Assembly (NCBI GenBank): GCA_030704615.1
Contig: CM060731.1
Location: 77,624,001 to 77,688,000, forward strand
Reading direction: 5' to 3'
DNA: 64,000 nt
DNA from: Takakia lepidozioides
Lineage: Eukaryota > Plantae > Bryophyta
The notes under the pieces are model-generated. The model was not told the DNA's origin and made no database searches. It was given only the letters and a program-made list of their open reading frames with translations. How positions within the stretch are numbered: position 1 is the stretch's first letter; every line of letters begins with the position of its first letter. This document shows positions 26,501-38,830 of the stretch, piece by piece. A program made the translations under genes and the position numbers.

Positions 26501-26980
26501 CCTGCCTCATAAAGCATCTTCACATGCCCATAAGTGCCAGAAGAGGCATTGTGGACTCCCTCTCTTGATCCTCTTCCAGAAGCTGTGGTCATGGTTGAGG
26601 TGCCTGATTTTATCAACTGTGCCGCTATAGCTGCCGCTTCCAGCTGACCATCTACCCATGGAGGTTTCTTGTAGCTATCCTTCCACAGGGAACCATAGGT
26701 AATCTGGAGCTTGAAATCCGACCCTCTTGGATGAATATGGACCCACACTCTATCCTGCTCCTTCTGCTATCACTGCCTCTGCACAAATCATGCATACATC
26801 CTTGCCTTGCTGCCAATGCGATCATTGCACTCCACGACACCACATCTCGTTGAGCCACAGTCGAACACTACCTTCGCATCTTCAATGCTCCCGCATTCAG
26901 CATACACGTCCACCAGGGCGGTGTTCATAATGGCAAACCCTACAATTCCAGCTTTCACGATGTCACCATGGACCTTCCAT
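22600..26980 (-). pseudogene. PLS-class PPR array, scrambled and tandemly duplicated
   Basis: Repeated GKEVHG.I.KAGIVP.VILN.TLVDM.AKCG.I.DA..VF..MAERDVVSW. ~370-bp duplications at 24620/24990/25360. Many frameshifts. Confidence 0.92.
26248..26730 (-). CDS. Exon-like segment joining a PDF half-motif in frame to the first PPR motifs
   Basis: IHPRGSDFKLQITYGSLWKDSYKKPPWVDGQL, a linker, then GRLKEAL...TYVCLLHKC...GKQVHTHI...NTLVNMY, all in one open frame. Confidence 0.7.
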   Translation of the reverse strand, partial: PRGSDFKLQITYGSLWKDSYKKPPWVDGQLEAAAIAAQLIKSGTSTMTTASGRGSREGVHNASSGTYGHVKMLYEAGRLKEALQTLHQGGISADVDTYVCLLHKCIKMKGLEAGKQVHTHIVQSGFTPNVFLLNTLVNMYVKGSIMDDHQVFNTECLNDL

Positions 26981-28384
26981 GTCACTTCCAGGTGGAGGCA
27001 GTACATATTAAAATATGCAAGCCCCCAAAGGCCAGATTTTGTTTGCCTGTTCTTGTGAAACACACGTCTGCAAATGTCCAGGTGGAATCAATGCGCAGTG
27101 GTTCATGGAGTCGTTGAGTCGTCTACATATTGACTTTAATGAATAAATATGTTTATTCCATTAATCAAATTCGAAATGTAAATTTTTAGTCGCATGTGCA
27201 GTAAACCACTTGTATTTTCCGCTTTTTAAAATTTTATGTATTTACACAATTAATTAAATAGCCGCGATTATTGACCCAACTTCTATCCGCCGTCTGAAAT
27301 GCCCCCGTGGGCCTTCATTGTCCGTTTCGACTCTCTAGTAGTCCCGTGTATTGCCAAGTGGTTCCCGGAGTGGTTGGCGGACTCCCAGTCGATTCGGAAA
27401 AGACACGAATGCTTCTAGTGCTGGCAGTAGCACTGGGGAAGAGACTGGGTTCTGCAAGCGGCCACTGCAGCCAGCCATGGCACAGGCAAGAATGCCCCAT
27501 TAGTCCATTTGAAACTCTTTTCAATGCCCCTTCCAGCAGCAGGTTGACCCTGGTACCCCTCTCACTTTTGTGTTGTCTGTCTCTCAGGGTGGATTAAATT
27601 TTTTATTATACCTTGACATCTTGAGTCTTTTACCTTCACTATGGTTCAAATGTGTTGTTTCTCTTTTCCATCCATTGAGGGAATTGTTCCTATACCTCTG
27701 TTTACAAATTTTGAAAATCTTGAGGCTGAGCCAAAAGCCCAGGCCCTTTTGGGGTATAGTTATTGGGCAAATCACGCACAACAGATTGATGTTTGTGTGA
27801 AGGGATTTCTAGAGGATATCTGAAAACTTGGATCAATTATATGTTTCAAGGTAAGTCATGCTACCGGCGTCAGCCCCTGACAAAGGTAGTTTCTATCCCT
27901 TTGTGTTCCGTCGCGGGGTTAATGGCCACAAGGCATTGGTTCCATTCCTTTTACGATGAGTCACACTCACTCTTTTTGCAATCTGCATCTTTGCCGCTAA
28001 CCTTGGCTGCTTAGGGCCACGGGGTCTAAGTCATGCTTGCTGTACCAAGGCTTTGTGGGGTCTGCTTGGTTAGTATCTGTCCATAATCAGCTTTCTTTAC
28101 CTTGGCACAAAATCTATATAAAGTACCATTTCATTTCATTTACCTTGGCATAAAATCTGCTAGTTCTCACTGCAGTAGTTACAATGTTGCCATGAAGCAT
28201 ATTATTTAGACAAGGTTTTATGTGATCCGATCCACAAGTGGATGTGCAGCTTGCAATCTTAGGAACATTCACTGGGACTCTATTTCAGTATCTATTTCAG
28301 TATTTCAATATTTCAATGAAGATTTTCAGCAAGTATTTCAGTATTTCAGCAAGTATCTCAGTATTTCAGCCAGTTCTTCAACAA

Positions 28385-28580
28385 CTATTTGTATAATGGC
28401 AGAAACTGAGGTAGTGGAGCAAGCCAAACTCATTGTGGACATGAAGAATACAATACGTCGCAACGAGAGTACTTTGCAGCAGTACAAACAGGTTGAGGCT
28501 AACCAGGAGAAGTACATTGTAGAGTTGCAACAAACACTTATGGCCAATAGGAATCAACTCTCTGTGGCTAACAATATTTC
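28385..28580 (+). mobile_element. Isolated fragment of the Gypsy 3' coiled-coil ORF, flanked by AGTATTTC-type repeats
   Basis: KLIVDMKNTIRRNE...EKYIVELQQT.MANRN matches the minus-strand translation of ~230-390. Confidence 0.75.
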
Positions 28581-30140
28581 AGTGAGTATTTCAACAAGCA
28601 TTTCAATCATTTAAATACCTAGGTAGTAAATCCGAAGATCAGTTTTGTAATATCATACATCAATATTTAATTCACACATCAATAAAGTTCTGCCATGGCC
28701 TCTAGGCTCTGTCCCCGACATTATAAATAAATAATTTTTTCTCTTATGCAGAACAAGTTTGACATATAATTCTAATATGTGATATGTGATACGATATTAT
28801 ATTTCAATATAATATCTGTAGGAAATCTTTCAACTTTAGAGTTTTAGGGTGGAGCCATTACGCGACTAGCCGCTTGTTGCTGAAGGAACAATCTAAAAAT
28901 ATTAAGATCTGCAGAAGTTATGTTAATATATCATGGTCTATGAAACCCGAAACGGGTTCCATAGGAAGTTAAGGGTGAAGAAGATATCAAGACTAAAAAT
29001 ATGTTTATTTATTTGTTTGTTTATTTTAAATACATATTTTGTAATTTTTTCTTAAAAACAATGAAGCTAAACACCCAAAACACCACCAAACGCCACCACC
29101 AAAAATTCAAGCTAAACACCAAAAACCATTAAATTTAGGAATGATCTTGGACAGGCCCATTCCAACATTTGTTTGAAGAATTTTTCTTTTCTTTTCTATT
29201 TTCGGTAAGAGACGACGACACACTATCAATTTAATTGTTGAGTTCTGGTGAATGGAATTACGTCGTCTGAAAGTGCCAATGGGCGAAGGCAAGAGCATTG
29301 GAACCATTGCAACCTATATCAAGACATACGCAAAAAATAAAAAATACTGCATGCGAGTATGAGTCCAAATCATAATTATATGTGATGTTGGTAGCATTTT
29401 AGGTTTTTCCTCTTTGCAGGTAGAGCCACATCCTCACCCACCAATGAACTATAGGCCATAGGCAATGTCTCACAGCTCCCGTTGTGTGCAATTTGGGCTG
29501 GTGACACTTGGCTGTATATGACTCATTTGGAAGAATCTAAATATAGCTCCACTACGACGTCATCGGCAGGATTTAAATCTAAATAGATCTCCAGCTGTCT
29601 TGTTTGGACTGATCTCTATATCCAATGTTGGAGTCACCGTATTTTGATCTATTTATAGAGATTATTAATGTTTGGTAGGAGTTCGTACAAATATTTGTCT
29701 ATTTCTTTAAATTCTTTTTAGTCTCAACGTGTTGTGGGAGGATGTATTGTGGTTTTCTTCTAGATCTTCTTTCTTTCTCGTCATTACACATATATGTCTT
29801 GTTATGTTTTCACATGAGGTTTGAGTGATCTAGATCTGCAGTAATTCATGTACCATTTTATGAGTATCATATGGTCTATTTCTCATGTCTGATATCTTCT
29901 ATACCCTTTTACGTCTTCTGACGTTTTTGGCCCCCAACTAGCTCATTGTATGGATCTGCAAACCTTAATATATGCAAGCAGGATACATTTCTCTCTCCAT
30001 CTTCCTTCTGTGAATGAGACTTTCTATTTTTCTGGAGTAGACCCAATAGATCCGTCCATCTTCTTCCATATGTATATCATGTATACATTTTCAAACACAT
30101 TTTGATGTTCAATGTTGATGTTAGGTTGTTCGCAGCTAAT

Positions 30141-32138
30141 ATGCTGCGATACATTTCTCTTATTATTTTTGGCATTGTGCATGTTTTTGGTCAGGAGACC
30201 CGTTTTAACTTCGACAACTTTGATAACTCTAGCAAATTTATTACATATGTGTCTGGTGCAGCTGTACTCATCAACGGTTCTGTGCTCGTATTGAATCCAC
30301 AAACTTTGGAATTTGGAAGTAATGCAACGAGCTTTGGTAGGGCTTTGTACTATGAAGCCGTGCAGTTTCGAAATCCTTATTCCCGGAGTATGGCTTCTTT
30401 TTCTACATCCTTCTCATTCTCCATCCACGTCCAACATGGATCATGTTCTGGTGATGGGTTCACATTCATGATTGGGCCTGATGATCAAGTAATTATGCCC
30501 CATTCTGGTGGTGGGAATCTAGGGGTTGTCAGTACACAAAGCTATGGTAATATTAGTAATCACATATTTGCAGTAGAGTTTGACACACATCGAAATGCGG
30601 TATATAATGACCCAAGCAATAGTCATATAGGCGTCGACATCAATAATTTGACATCGATTAAGTATTATGATTTTTGTCCCCCGTCTTATCCAAATTGTTC
30701 ATATCTGACTAGCGGATCAATTTTCACTGCATGGATCAATTACAATGGCTCAACCGATATACTTGATGTTAGAGTGAGCAAGGCTTCTTCAAACACCGGA
30801 GATGTTGCACACTTACAAGTTACCGACTTGGGCTTGTACGACAAATTTTTGGATCGGATGTACGTAGGATTCTCAGGAAGCACTGGGCATTGTAGAGAGT
30901 CACACACAATCTACTCGTGGTACTTCACAAGCAGTGATTTATCTGCCGTCAACTCTAGTACTGTCGATATGACTACAGGGCCAAGAAAAAGACCGGTGGG
31001 CCTATATTGCAATGGTGAAGACTGCGAAGATCGTCGGTGGATTTATCAGCTGATTATTTTCTTAAGTGTTTGTGGCGCTATTATAGTCATCATTGGCATA
31101 AGCTCTTGTCTTGCATGGGGTACGTACAAAAAACATCATAGTAAAGAATTTCAAGAACCAGTATACGATCTAGAACAAGTCTTGGATGGGCCGCGCAGGT
31201 TCACATACAAGCAACTCATCAATGCGACTAATTCATTTAGTCCAAAGCAAATGTTGGGGCGGGGTGGGTTTGGAAGTGTATACAAAGGAATTTTGCGGGA
31301 CACCGATAATTCTCTTGTTGCAGTAAAGCAGATGGCACGAGATTCTCAACAAGGAGAACGCGAGTTCCTCGCAGAAGTCGCCATTATTAGCAAAATCCGT
31401 CATCGCAATCTAGTTCAACTACAAGGATGGTGCCATGAGAGAGGGAAACTCCTCCTTGTATATGACTATATGCCAAATGGTAGCCTTGACCAACTATTGC
31501 TTAAGGGAAATAGCACAGTGCTCACATGGGATATACGGTACAATGTTCTGACTGGAGTAGCTGCGGCCCTAGCATACCTACATGAAGAATGGCAGCAGTG
31601 CGTTTTGCACAGAGATGTAAAACCCAGCAACGTACTATTGGATGCTGATTTTACTGCACATCTTGGAGACTTTGGTTTGGCAAGGCTCATTGATCACAAC
31701 AAAACCTCGCAAACCACTAATGTTGCTGGAACGAGAGGATATTTGGCCCCTGAGTTTGCACACACAGGTAAAGCAACAACAAAATCTGATGTATTCAGTT
31801 TTGGGATTCTAGCACTAGAGGTCGTTTGCGGACGACGTCCTATAGAGTGGACATTGCCTGAAGAAGAAATGGTCCTATTGGATTGTGTATGGCGGGCACA
31901 CGAAAGTAATATGTTGCTGAATATTGTGGATCCTAGGCTCAAAAGTACCTTCGATGTGGAGCAGATTACATGTGTGCTACATATTGGGCTTCTTTGTTGC
32001 CATCCTGATCCCAACGCTAGACCAACCATGAGATATGTTAGGCAGATTTTGACTGATGATGGTTCTCTCCCGAAATTGTTGTCGGATTCTAAGCCAGTGG
32101 TTTCTTACTCTCCACTAGTTCCTAAGTCTTCACACTAA
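30141..32138 (+). CDS. L-type (legume) lectin receptor-like Ser/Thr kinase, intact and intronless, ~665 aa
   Basis: Signal peptide MLRYISLIIFGIVHVFG. Lectin motifs GRALY, GDGFTF, AVEFDT, HIGVDIN, YVGFSGSTG. TM helix. Kinase motifs GRGGFG, VAVK, HRDVKPSN, DFGLAR, GYLAPE, DVFSFG. Confidence 0.97.
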   Translation: MLRYISLIIFGIVHVFGQETRFNFDNFDNSSKFITYVSGAAVLINGSVLVLNPQTLEFGSNATSFGRALYYEAVQFRNPYSRSMASFSTSFSFSIHVQHGSCSGDGFTFMIGPDDQVIMPHSGGGNLGVVSTQSYGNISNHIFAVEFDTHRNAVYNDPSNSHIGVDINNLTSIKYYDFCPPSYPNCSYLTSGSIFTAWINYNGSTDILDVRVSKASSNTGDVAHLQVTDLGLYDKFLDRMYVGFSGSTGHCRESHTIYSWYFTSSDLSAVNSSTVDMTTGPRKRPVGLYCNGEDCEDRRWIYQLIIFLSVCGAIIVIIGISSCLAWGTYKKHHSKEFQEPVYDLEQVLDGPRRFTYKQLINATNSFSPKQMLGRGGFGSVYKGILRDTDNSLVAVKQMARDSQQGEREFLAEVAIISKIRHRNLVQLQGWCHERGKLLLVYDYMPNGSLDQLLLKGNSTVLTWDIRYNVLTGVAAALAYLHEEWQQCVLHRDVKPSNVLLDADFTAHLGDFGLARLIDHNKTSQTTNVAGTRGYLAPEFAHTGKATTKSDVFSFGILALEVVCGRRPIEWTLPEEEMVLLDCVWRAHESNMLLNIVDPRLKSTFDVEQITCVLHIGLLCCHPDPNARPTMRYVRQILTDDGSLPKLLSDSKPVVSYSPLVPKSSH

Positions 32139-33169
32139 CAATCAGCATGCGAGTGTTCTTCAACCAACGAGAGACGCCCATTTGCTACTGATTAGAATAT
32201 GTATTCGGCCGCCGATAGAAGTCCTGGTACCGTAATATAAAATCCACGACATGGATAATTGAGAAAACTGATACCCTCAAAATTGATCATGTCATCCCCA
32301 ATACATGTTACACATTCAAAGGCAAGTAGTAAATGACCACTGCAAAATCAAGTACATTTTTTTAGAGATTACAAACTGATTTTTTCGCGATTCAAGATCT
32401 CTAAGTGCAAACAATTTTGTATTGGATCCCTATATGGGTTAGTTTATCTTGTTCACAAGAAAGGAAAATAGTCCATTCTAAAATTTCAACTCATAGTTAA
32501 AACTCAAATGTGGTTGAGCCACTATATTTGTCGCATGAAAAAAAATTGAGGTAACTTGACTCGACTGAATTTTTTGGGTTTAAATAGGATCGGAAGTGGG
32601 TTTTCAATATGAATTGTCATTAAAATATTTGCATTTCTTTCCATTGTATATGATGCTAACCGTTCTTGCACTTCCCACCTTTTTTATGAACATAACTATA
32701 GTCTTGAGCTATATTATGCACGCAAGTATGTGTATCAGGAAATTATTTGAACTTGCAAGCGGTACCAAAGGGTGTACAACTTACATCTTAGTCACGATAA
32801 GTCAACCTCATGATCTTCAGACAATAGTAATTTAGCTATCTTTCTTCTAGAGTTGGTATAAATTGAGCTAACTATGCATAATATTCTTATGGTCCCTATT
32901 CGGTGTTTCCATGTTTTATTGGAGACCATGTGTGTAGATTAGTTATTAAATAATAAGTTCAAGGCTGGAGAGGTCACGCAGAGAAAAGCCCTCCTCCCCC
33001 TTCTTTATATACCTTCTCCAGACGACGGCCCCGCCCTATCAAGAGGCGCGCTCGAGCCTTCCAAATGGCTGGTCCTCGCAACGTGTCCACAACCCTAACA
33101 TGACGCCTAGACGAACACATGTCATCCTTCTGCATCGCTCTACTGCACCTGTTCCTGCCTCCCCATTGG

Positions 33170-35520
33170 TGGTCATGCTTGTTTTTTAAAGGCTTTTGAC
33201 CGTATCAATTGGCCTTTTTTTATTGGGGGCCCTTATTGGGGGCCCCCCTTTTTTACCTCCTGGGTCACTATCCTCATTTCTTCTGCCTCCAGCCATGTAA
33301 GTACTAATGGTCATCTTTCAAGACCTTTCCCCCTCGAAAGGTCCGTCAAGGTTGCCCTCTCTCCTATTTGTTGTTTCTCATTGCAGCTGCCTGTCTTGGC
33401 TACATGTTTGATGCTCATTTGATTCTTGGCTTATCCATCCCTCACGGCCAGCCATCTAATTTCAATATTAACATTTTTTCCTATGCTGATGACACCACTT
33501 TTTTTCTGCGGAATGACCTGATGACTAACATTGTCAATGCAAGCCTTCTCTACTTTAAACTCTTTCTGCAGTGCCTCAGGTTTTAAAGTTAACTGGCGCA
33601 AGTCTAAAGGTCTGCTCTCTCTTCCCTCAGCCTTGCCCCCCCCCCCCCGCACCTTCCTGCTTGGGGCTCTGATTGGGGTCTGTCTTGGCTGGCTCATGGG
33701 GAATCTCACCCTCTACTCGGTCACTTGATGGGTCATGGTTTATCTAGGGAACAACATTTTCCGCCCATTCTTGCTCGCCTTAAGTCTAAGTTATCCTTTT
33801 GGTACTCTTCCAGATTATCCCTTGCCGGTCGTGCTCTTGTTGTTAACCAAATCCTCGAAGCTTCCCTCTGGTTTATTGCGCCGGTTTGGAGCCAGCCTGG
33901 CTCCCCTATCATCAAGAAGATTAAAGCTTTGATTAGAAACTTTTTGTGGGGTGCTGCTGATGCGGGAGTCTCCCTAGTTTCCCAGGTCACAACTCTGCCA
34001 AAAATAAAACTTGGTGGACTGGGAATCTAGACCTCAATTCTCAAATTACAGCTCTCCTTGGTAAGTGGGTGCCCAGGTCTTTTCTTCCTAATGCAGGCCC
34101 ATGGAAGTTTCTTATTATTATCTTGCTGCTGCAACACTAAAGACTGAGCCGCGCTGGAATGTCTCTTTACAGTGGATGACACAAAAGGGTAAGTTCAACT
34201 GTTTGCCAGCAAATGGGTCTGAGACCTGGTGCTCCATATGGGGGGCTTGGGTGAGGCTTTGGGAGTACTTGTATCATCGACCCTCTACCTATTGGGAAGA
34301 GGTAATGCGGCAGCCTCTGTTCGGAAATCTGCAACTCGATAATGAGGTACTGGCTAAATGCTCCCTCCCCTAGGCACTCTGGGAAGCAGCGGGCTTCAAC
34401 TCTGTGGCTTCTATATGTAATAATGGTATTCTTTCTCCCCCCCAACCTTGGTCTTTGCTTGGCCCCCGTCGTTTCTCTCGTTCCTAGCCTTGTTTAACCT
34501 CAATTGTCCATTCTAGGTGGGGCTTGCTGCTCCAAGATGGCAGGGATAAATGGAAGTCTCGGCCATCATGGATAGGATGCATTGGGGGTATTCCTTGTGA
34601 TGTCCTGTTCGTTTCTGATCCCAGGGTCTCGGTGGCCTCTGGCTTGGGTTTCTTGGCTTCGTCATTTGGTGCTCTTTCCCCCATTGCCCTCATGTCAGTC
34701 CATGCTGCATCTCTTTTCCTAGTACGAGTCATGGACTGCTCTTCATGAGGTAAATTGAATCCCCTCCCTCTAGGCTCGGGTTCTCTTGCCCAATGGGGTG
34801 CGATACTTCCCTTTCTTTGGCTGTTCGTCTTACTAGTCTCTCAATTACCTTGGGACCCGGCTGACTGGGCCTAGCTTTATAAGGATAAGCCGGCCCCTTT
34901 CTTCTCTTATTCAACAAAGATAGGGTATAATCTCCTCTTACCCCCCTTCCCCACGGAAGCTAAGATGTGTGGCAAGTGGTCTCATCTCTCTATCCCTAGA
35001 GGGGCTTGGCATGGTATTTGGTCTGATATCTGGAATACTCATAGGGCTGCAAAGCTGAGTGCTTTCTTATGGAGGATGACTCACCGCATTCTCCCTGTGG
35101 CTAGTCATATGCAGGTTCCCCCTTCTGATGTCTACACTTTGTGCCCCTCACTTTTGCCTGAGTATTTGGAACACTGCCTGCTTCATTACATCTTTGCTTG
35201 ACAGGTTTGGGTGCGAATTCGGTCCTTCTTCCTCCCATGGAAGACTCTTAACATAACTGATAACTCTCTTTTGCTTTTTAATATCTCTAATGGGATTCCC
35301 TGGTTGTCATGTCAGCTTTGGCAATGTCTCAGAGCCCTGGGTCTTTGGCACATCTGGAAGTCTAGATGTGCTTGGCTGTATAATGGTACCTCCCCTTGCC
35401 CTCATGCCACTCTAGCACGTATTCATTTTGATCTAATTATTCAGTGTTGCAAATTGTGGGATTTGCTGGTGTTGGCAGTACTCAGATGTTCTGAAGACCA
35501 ACGTGTTGCTCGATTTGATT
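33170..35520 (+). mobile_element. Decayed, 5'-truncated L1/Tx1-type LINE ORF2 (RT + zf-RVT region)
   Basis: KAFDRINW, QGCPLSP, YADDT, SGFKVN..KS, LSLAGRALVVNQIL, GGLGI, FLWRMTHRILP, E.LEHCL; stops and frameshifts throughout. Confidence 0.9.
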
Positions 35521-35530
35521 TTGATTCTTA

Positions 35531-35760
35531 AATTAAGCGACCGCCGTTTGGCGGTCGCTTACTTAATATATATTTTTAAATGAAGCGACTGCCAAATAGC
35601 GGCGGTCGCTTATTTATATTTTGAATCTTGAATTAAGCGACCCCCAATAGGCGGTCGCTTATTTACTATATATATTTTTTAAAGCAGCGACCGCCATGCG
35701 GCGGTCACCTGTTTTTTTATTTTCTTAGAAATCCAGGGACCCGCCGTGTGGCGTTTTGTT
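35531..35760. repeat. Array 1 of the palindrome AAGCGACCGCC-N-GGCGGTCGCTT (~5 units)
   Basis: Seen directly; units are separated by AT-rich spacers. Confidence 0.92.
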
Positions 35761-35969
35761 TTTAATTTTTTAATCATGAAGCGGCGCCTGGCCAGCCACG
35801 TGGCGAGATGAAACAAATGGGATGGGGGGAGGTGGTTTTGAACTCTTGACCTCTCCCATGTGGGTGCGAGTGGCGAGGTGCGACTGACCAGTCGCGCCGC
35901 TCTGACACGTGGCAAGGCGCCACTAGCATATCGTTCCTTTTCAAGCATAATGCCATTTTGGGGGGGGTG

Positions 35970-35990
35970 GGCGCCTATATAAACCATTCC
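35970..35990 (+). promoter_or_regulatory. TATA box of the kinase gene
   Basis: CCTATATAAACC after a G-run and CACGTG boxes, followed by a pyrimidine patch, ~320 bp before the ATG. Confidence 0.55.
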
Positions 35991-36300
35991 CCCCTCCTTT
36001 TCTGATCACTTTTGTCCCTCTCATGGTGCGGTTCCTTGGCATCCTGTAGTCCTTTCGGACTTCGTTGCTTGGCACTGCCAACGGGAGGTGCTAAGGTGAT
36101 TATTTGGGGGGGGGGTTTTTGTCGGTTTTTTATTGGTCAGTCCCACACACTTGTTCACGGTTCAATCATCGTATCATCATTTTGCCGTTTTCGGATCTCC
36201 GACGGTCTGTTTTTTTGCAAAAACTACAAAGGCACCATCCACACGCGTTCATTGCTGTTTTCTGAGGTTTTGAACCCTGTAGTGGGCAAAGGTTTATACA

Positions 36301-37746
36301 ATGTCGGGGGTTGTGAATTCAAGTTCTAGGGCGGGGTCGTCTGGGGGTCGGAGGAAGAGAAAACGTGCCCACGAGCGGGATAGCCAGGTCAACAAGCCCG
36401 ACTACCCGGGACCGGATGCCTTGGATAGGATGAAAGAAGTGGTAGTGGATTATTTCAAGGGTAGGGACAGGCATGGATGGGAAGGGTTTCAGATTTTCCA
36501 GCAAAATATGGAGAGAAAAATGACAAACGCTTTGGCGGGGGCTAAGTGGACGGCGGACAGGGATAAGCCGAAGTTCAATCGGTGGATCCAAAGCAGGGTG
36601 AAAGACGCCACGTGAAATTTGAGGCAGCTAATGAAGACATGGAAGGGTAGAGCAATCGAGGGTCGATTGCCCTCCGTCGAAACTGAGTTAATGCGGCGTG
36701 TTGAGTATTGGGCTTGCTCGGCAAGTCAGAATTCACATCGCCGGACTAGGGTTGTCCCTTGGGAGACGGGGTCATCAGGCGGGGGAGGCACGACTGGTCT
36801 TTATTACCTGAACTCTACTGCAAAGATGGTAGAGATTGGCTCTTACAAAGAAGGAGGGTATGCTAAGGTCCGTCAGTGTAGGATTGTTGGCAATTCTAGA
36901 ATACCGGAGCATTGGGAGCTAGCGGGAAAAAATCCCAAGTCCAAAAATCCAGAAAAGACGTTGAGACAACATAACGACGAGTGTTTGGCAGTGAAGTTCC
37001 AGCATCCAGGTGTTATCTCATATTTTGTTATGAATGCACGTGAGGTAGAGGGTTACACTCGCTGGTGGAATGGGGGGACAATACGCAACATGATGAATCT
37101 TGACAGAAAATGGAGCAACGATTCGGACAACAGGGTGATTTTGGAACAAATGGGAATGAAAGCAGAGTTCCAGGAATGCGATCGCTTGCTTCGTTTCCGG
37201 AAAGTGCGAAGTTAACTTGCATGGGCACTGGTGTACATCATGGATGTTGTCCAGAAGAACGGTGTCCTGCACAACGACTTGTCCCCCGACAACATCTTGT
37301 TGCATTTTCCAGATGGCACCGAGGAGATCAAGATTCAGGTGTGTGATTGGGGCTTAGCCACCCCATTGGGCATAAGCAAAGCCTCACCGTACCAGTTTGA
37401 AAACCAAGACAAGCTGGACCGGGAACTCGAGAAAAGATGGTGGGTGGAAAAAGATATTGCATCGGTTTTCAATGCGAATGCCACCCCCCCCCCCCCCCCC
37501 CCGCCCTACCAGGACATGACGTCGGAGGCCTTTGCCATTGAGAAGATAATGGTCCGAATAAATGGCGGCGCTAATTATGATCAAAGTATCGAGGACCAAT
37601 TTACGGGAGGTTGTTGGCATTCAGTGCTACAAAGGTTATACAACAATAACAAGAATGAGAGAGTTACATTAGCCCATGTAGTACTTCGGTTCATGGGCAA
37701 GCCATTCAACTGGCCTGAGCCGAAAGACGTATATAGGACGGAGTAG
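36301..37746 (+). pseudogene. Atypical protein kinase (~481 codons) with two in-frame premature stops
   Basis: ORFs 36301, 36619 and 37231 share one frame. NLS-like RRKRKR, G-loop EGGYAKV, LAGK, HPGVI, catalytic HNDLSPDNILL, and CDWG in place of DFG. Confidence 0.85.
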
Positions 37747-37812
37747 ACCAGTCTCATAGATATGAGATTTGTGGCGGTACAATGGTTCTTTTATGAAGAC
37801 ATAACTCAATTT

Positions 37813-38380
37813 TGATCGTGCATGTAATAAATAAAGTCCCATTGTAAATACTACATTGCATATGCTCGACCCTGGCACCTGTCATCGCAACATAAATGGT
37901 TTGTGTACTGGCTCACTGTTTATATTTGTAATGTTCCAAGGTTTCGGATAGGGTTATGAGAAAACGATGTATTAGTTCCGTAAGAGTTAGACAACAAACG
38001 TCTCACATCTCATTCAACTGTGCGACACTACCATGAAAGGCATGGATCGGAAAGTAATAGGTGCACATGCGACCTCCGAACGTTTGATACTAGGTCCAGC
38101 GAATGGTCTACTTGAACGTCCGGAGGTCGCATGTACACCTATTACTTTTTGATCCATGTCACTCATGGTAGTGTCGGCATTTGAATGAGATACGGAACGT
38201 TTGTTGTCTAACTCCTATGGAGCCAATATATCATTTTCTCAGTACCCTGTCAGAAACATTGAAACATTCGAAGTTACAAACAGTACCATAATACACGGCC
38301 GGTTTTGTTGAAATGACATCTGTGAGGTTCGAGCGTATGCAATTTTTTATTTAAACGGAATTTTATTACTCGAGGGATCG
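37813..38380. repeat. Long imperfect inverted repeat (hairpin 1, ~250-bp arms)
   Basis: For example GAGTTAGACAACAAACGT pairs with ACGTTTGTTGTCTAACTC, and AAAGTAATAGGTG.ACATGCGACCTCCG with CGGAGGTCGCATGT.CACCTATTACTTT. Confidence 0.92.
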
Positions 38381-38419
38381 GTACTGCTGCTGGAGCGCAA
38401 CTGATGGTGCGAGTTCTCT

Positions 38420-38830
38420 ATTGATTAGAGCTGTCACAACCAATGTCAACAATCATATTTACGGTAAGGTGTTTCATGCTATTGTTGTTTATCTAGTTGA
38501 ATTTTGTAGTACTCTTTTTGCTATTCACATGCCAACGTCATCTGAGACTGTCATGTTCAAACGAACGTATCAGCTACCCCGGCCAGCTTGCAGGCTGCAG
38601 GCCCGGCCCACCATAAATTGAATGAATTGGAGATTTTGTGCAAAGTTCCTGGTTTCATGTCCGTGGTGGCTGATATGGAATTCGGAATATGGCAGTCGCA
38701 GTGGACCTGATGTCGTTGGCATGGGAGTAACAAAACGATTCATAAAGAATTTAGCTACGTGAACATCGGCTGTATGAAACATCTTGCAGTACATATGATT
38801 CTTGAGATTGTTTGTACGGATTATTTGTGT
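38420..38830. repeat. Imperfect inverted repeat (hairpin 2, ~155-bp arms, ~90-nt loop)
   Basis: AATCATAT..AC...AAG.TGTTTCAT and CATGCCAACG.CATC recur reverse-complemented at 38667-38830. Confidence 0.8.
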
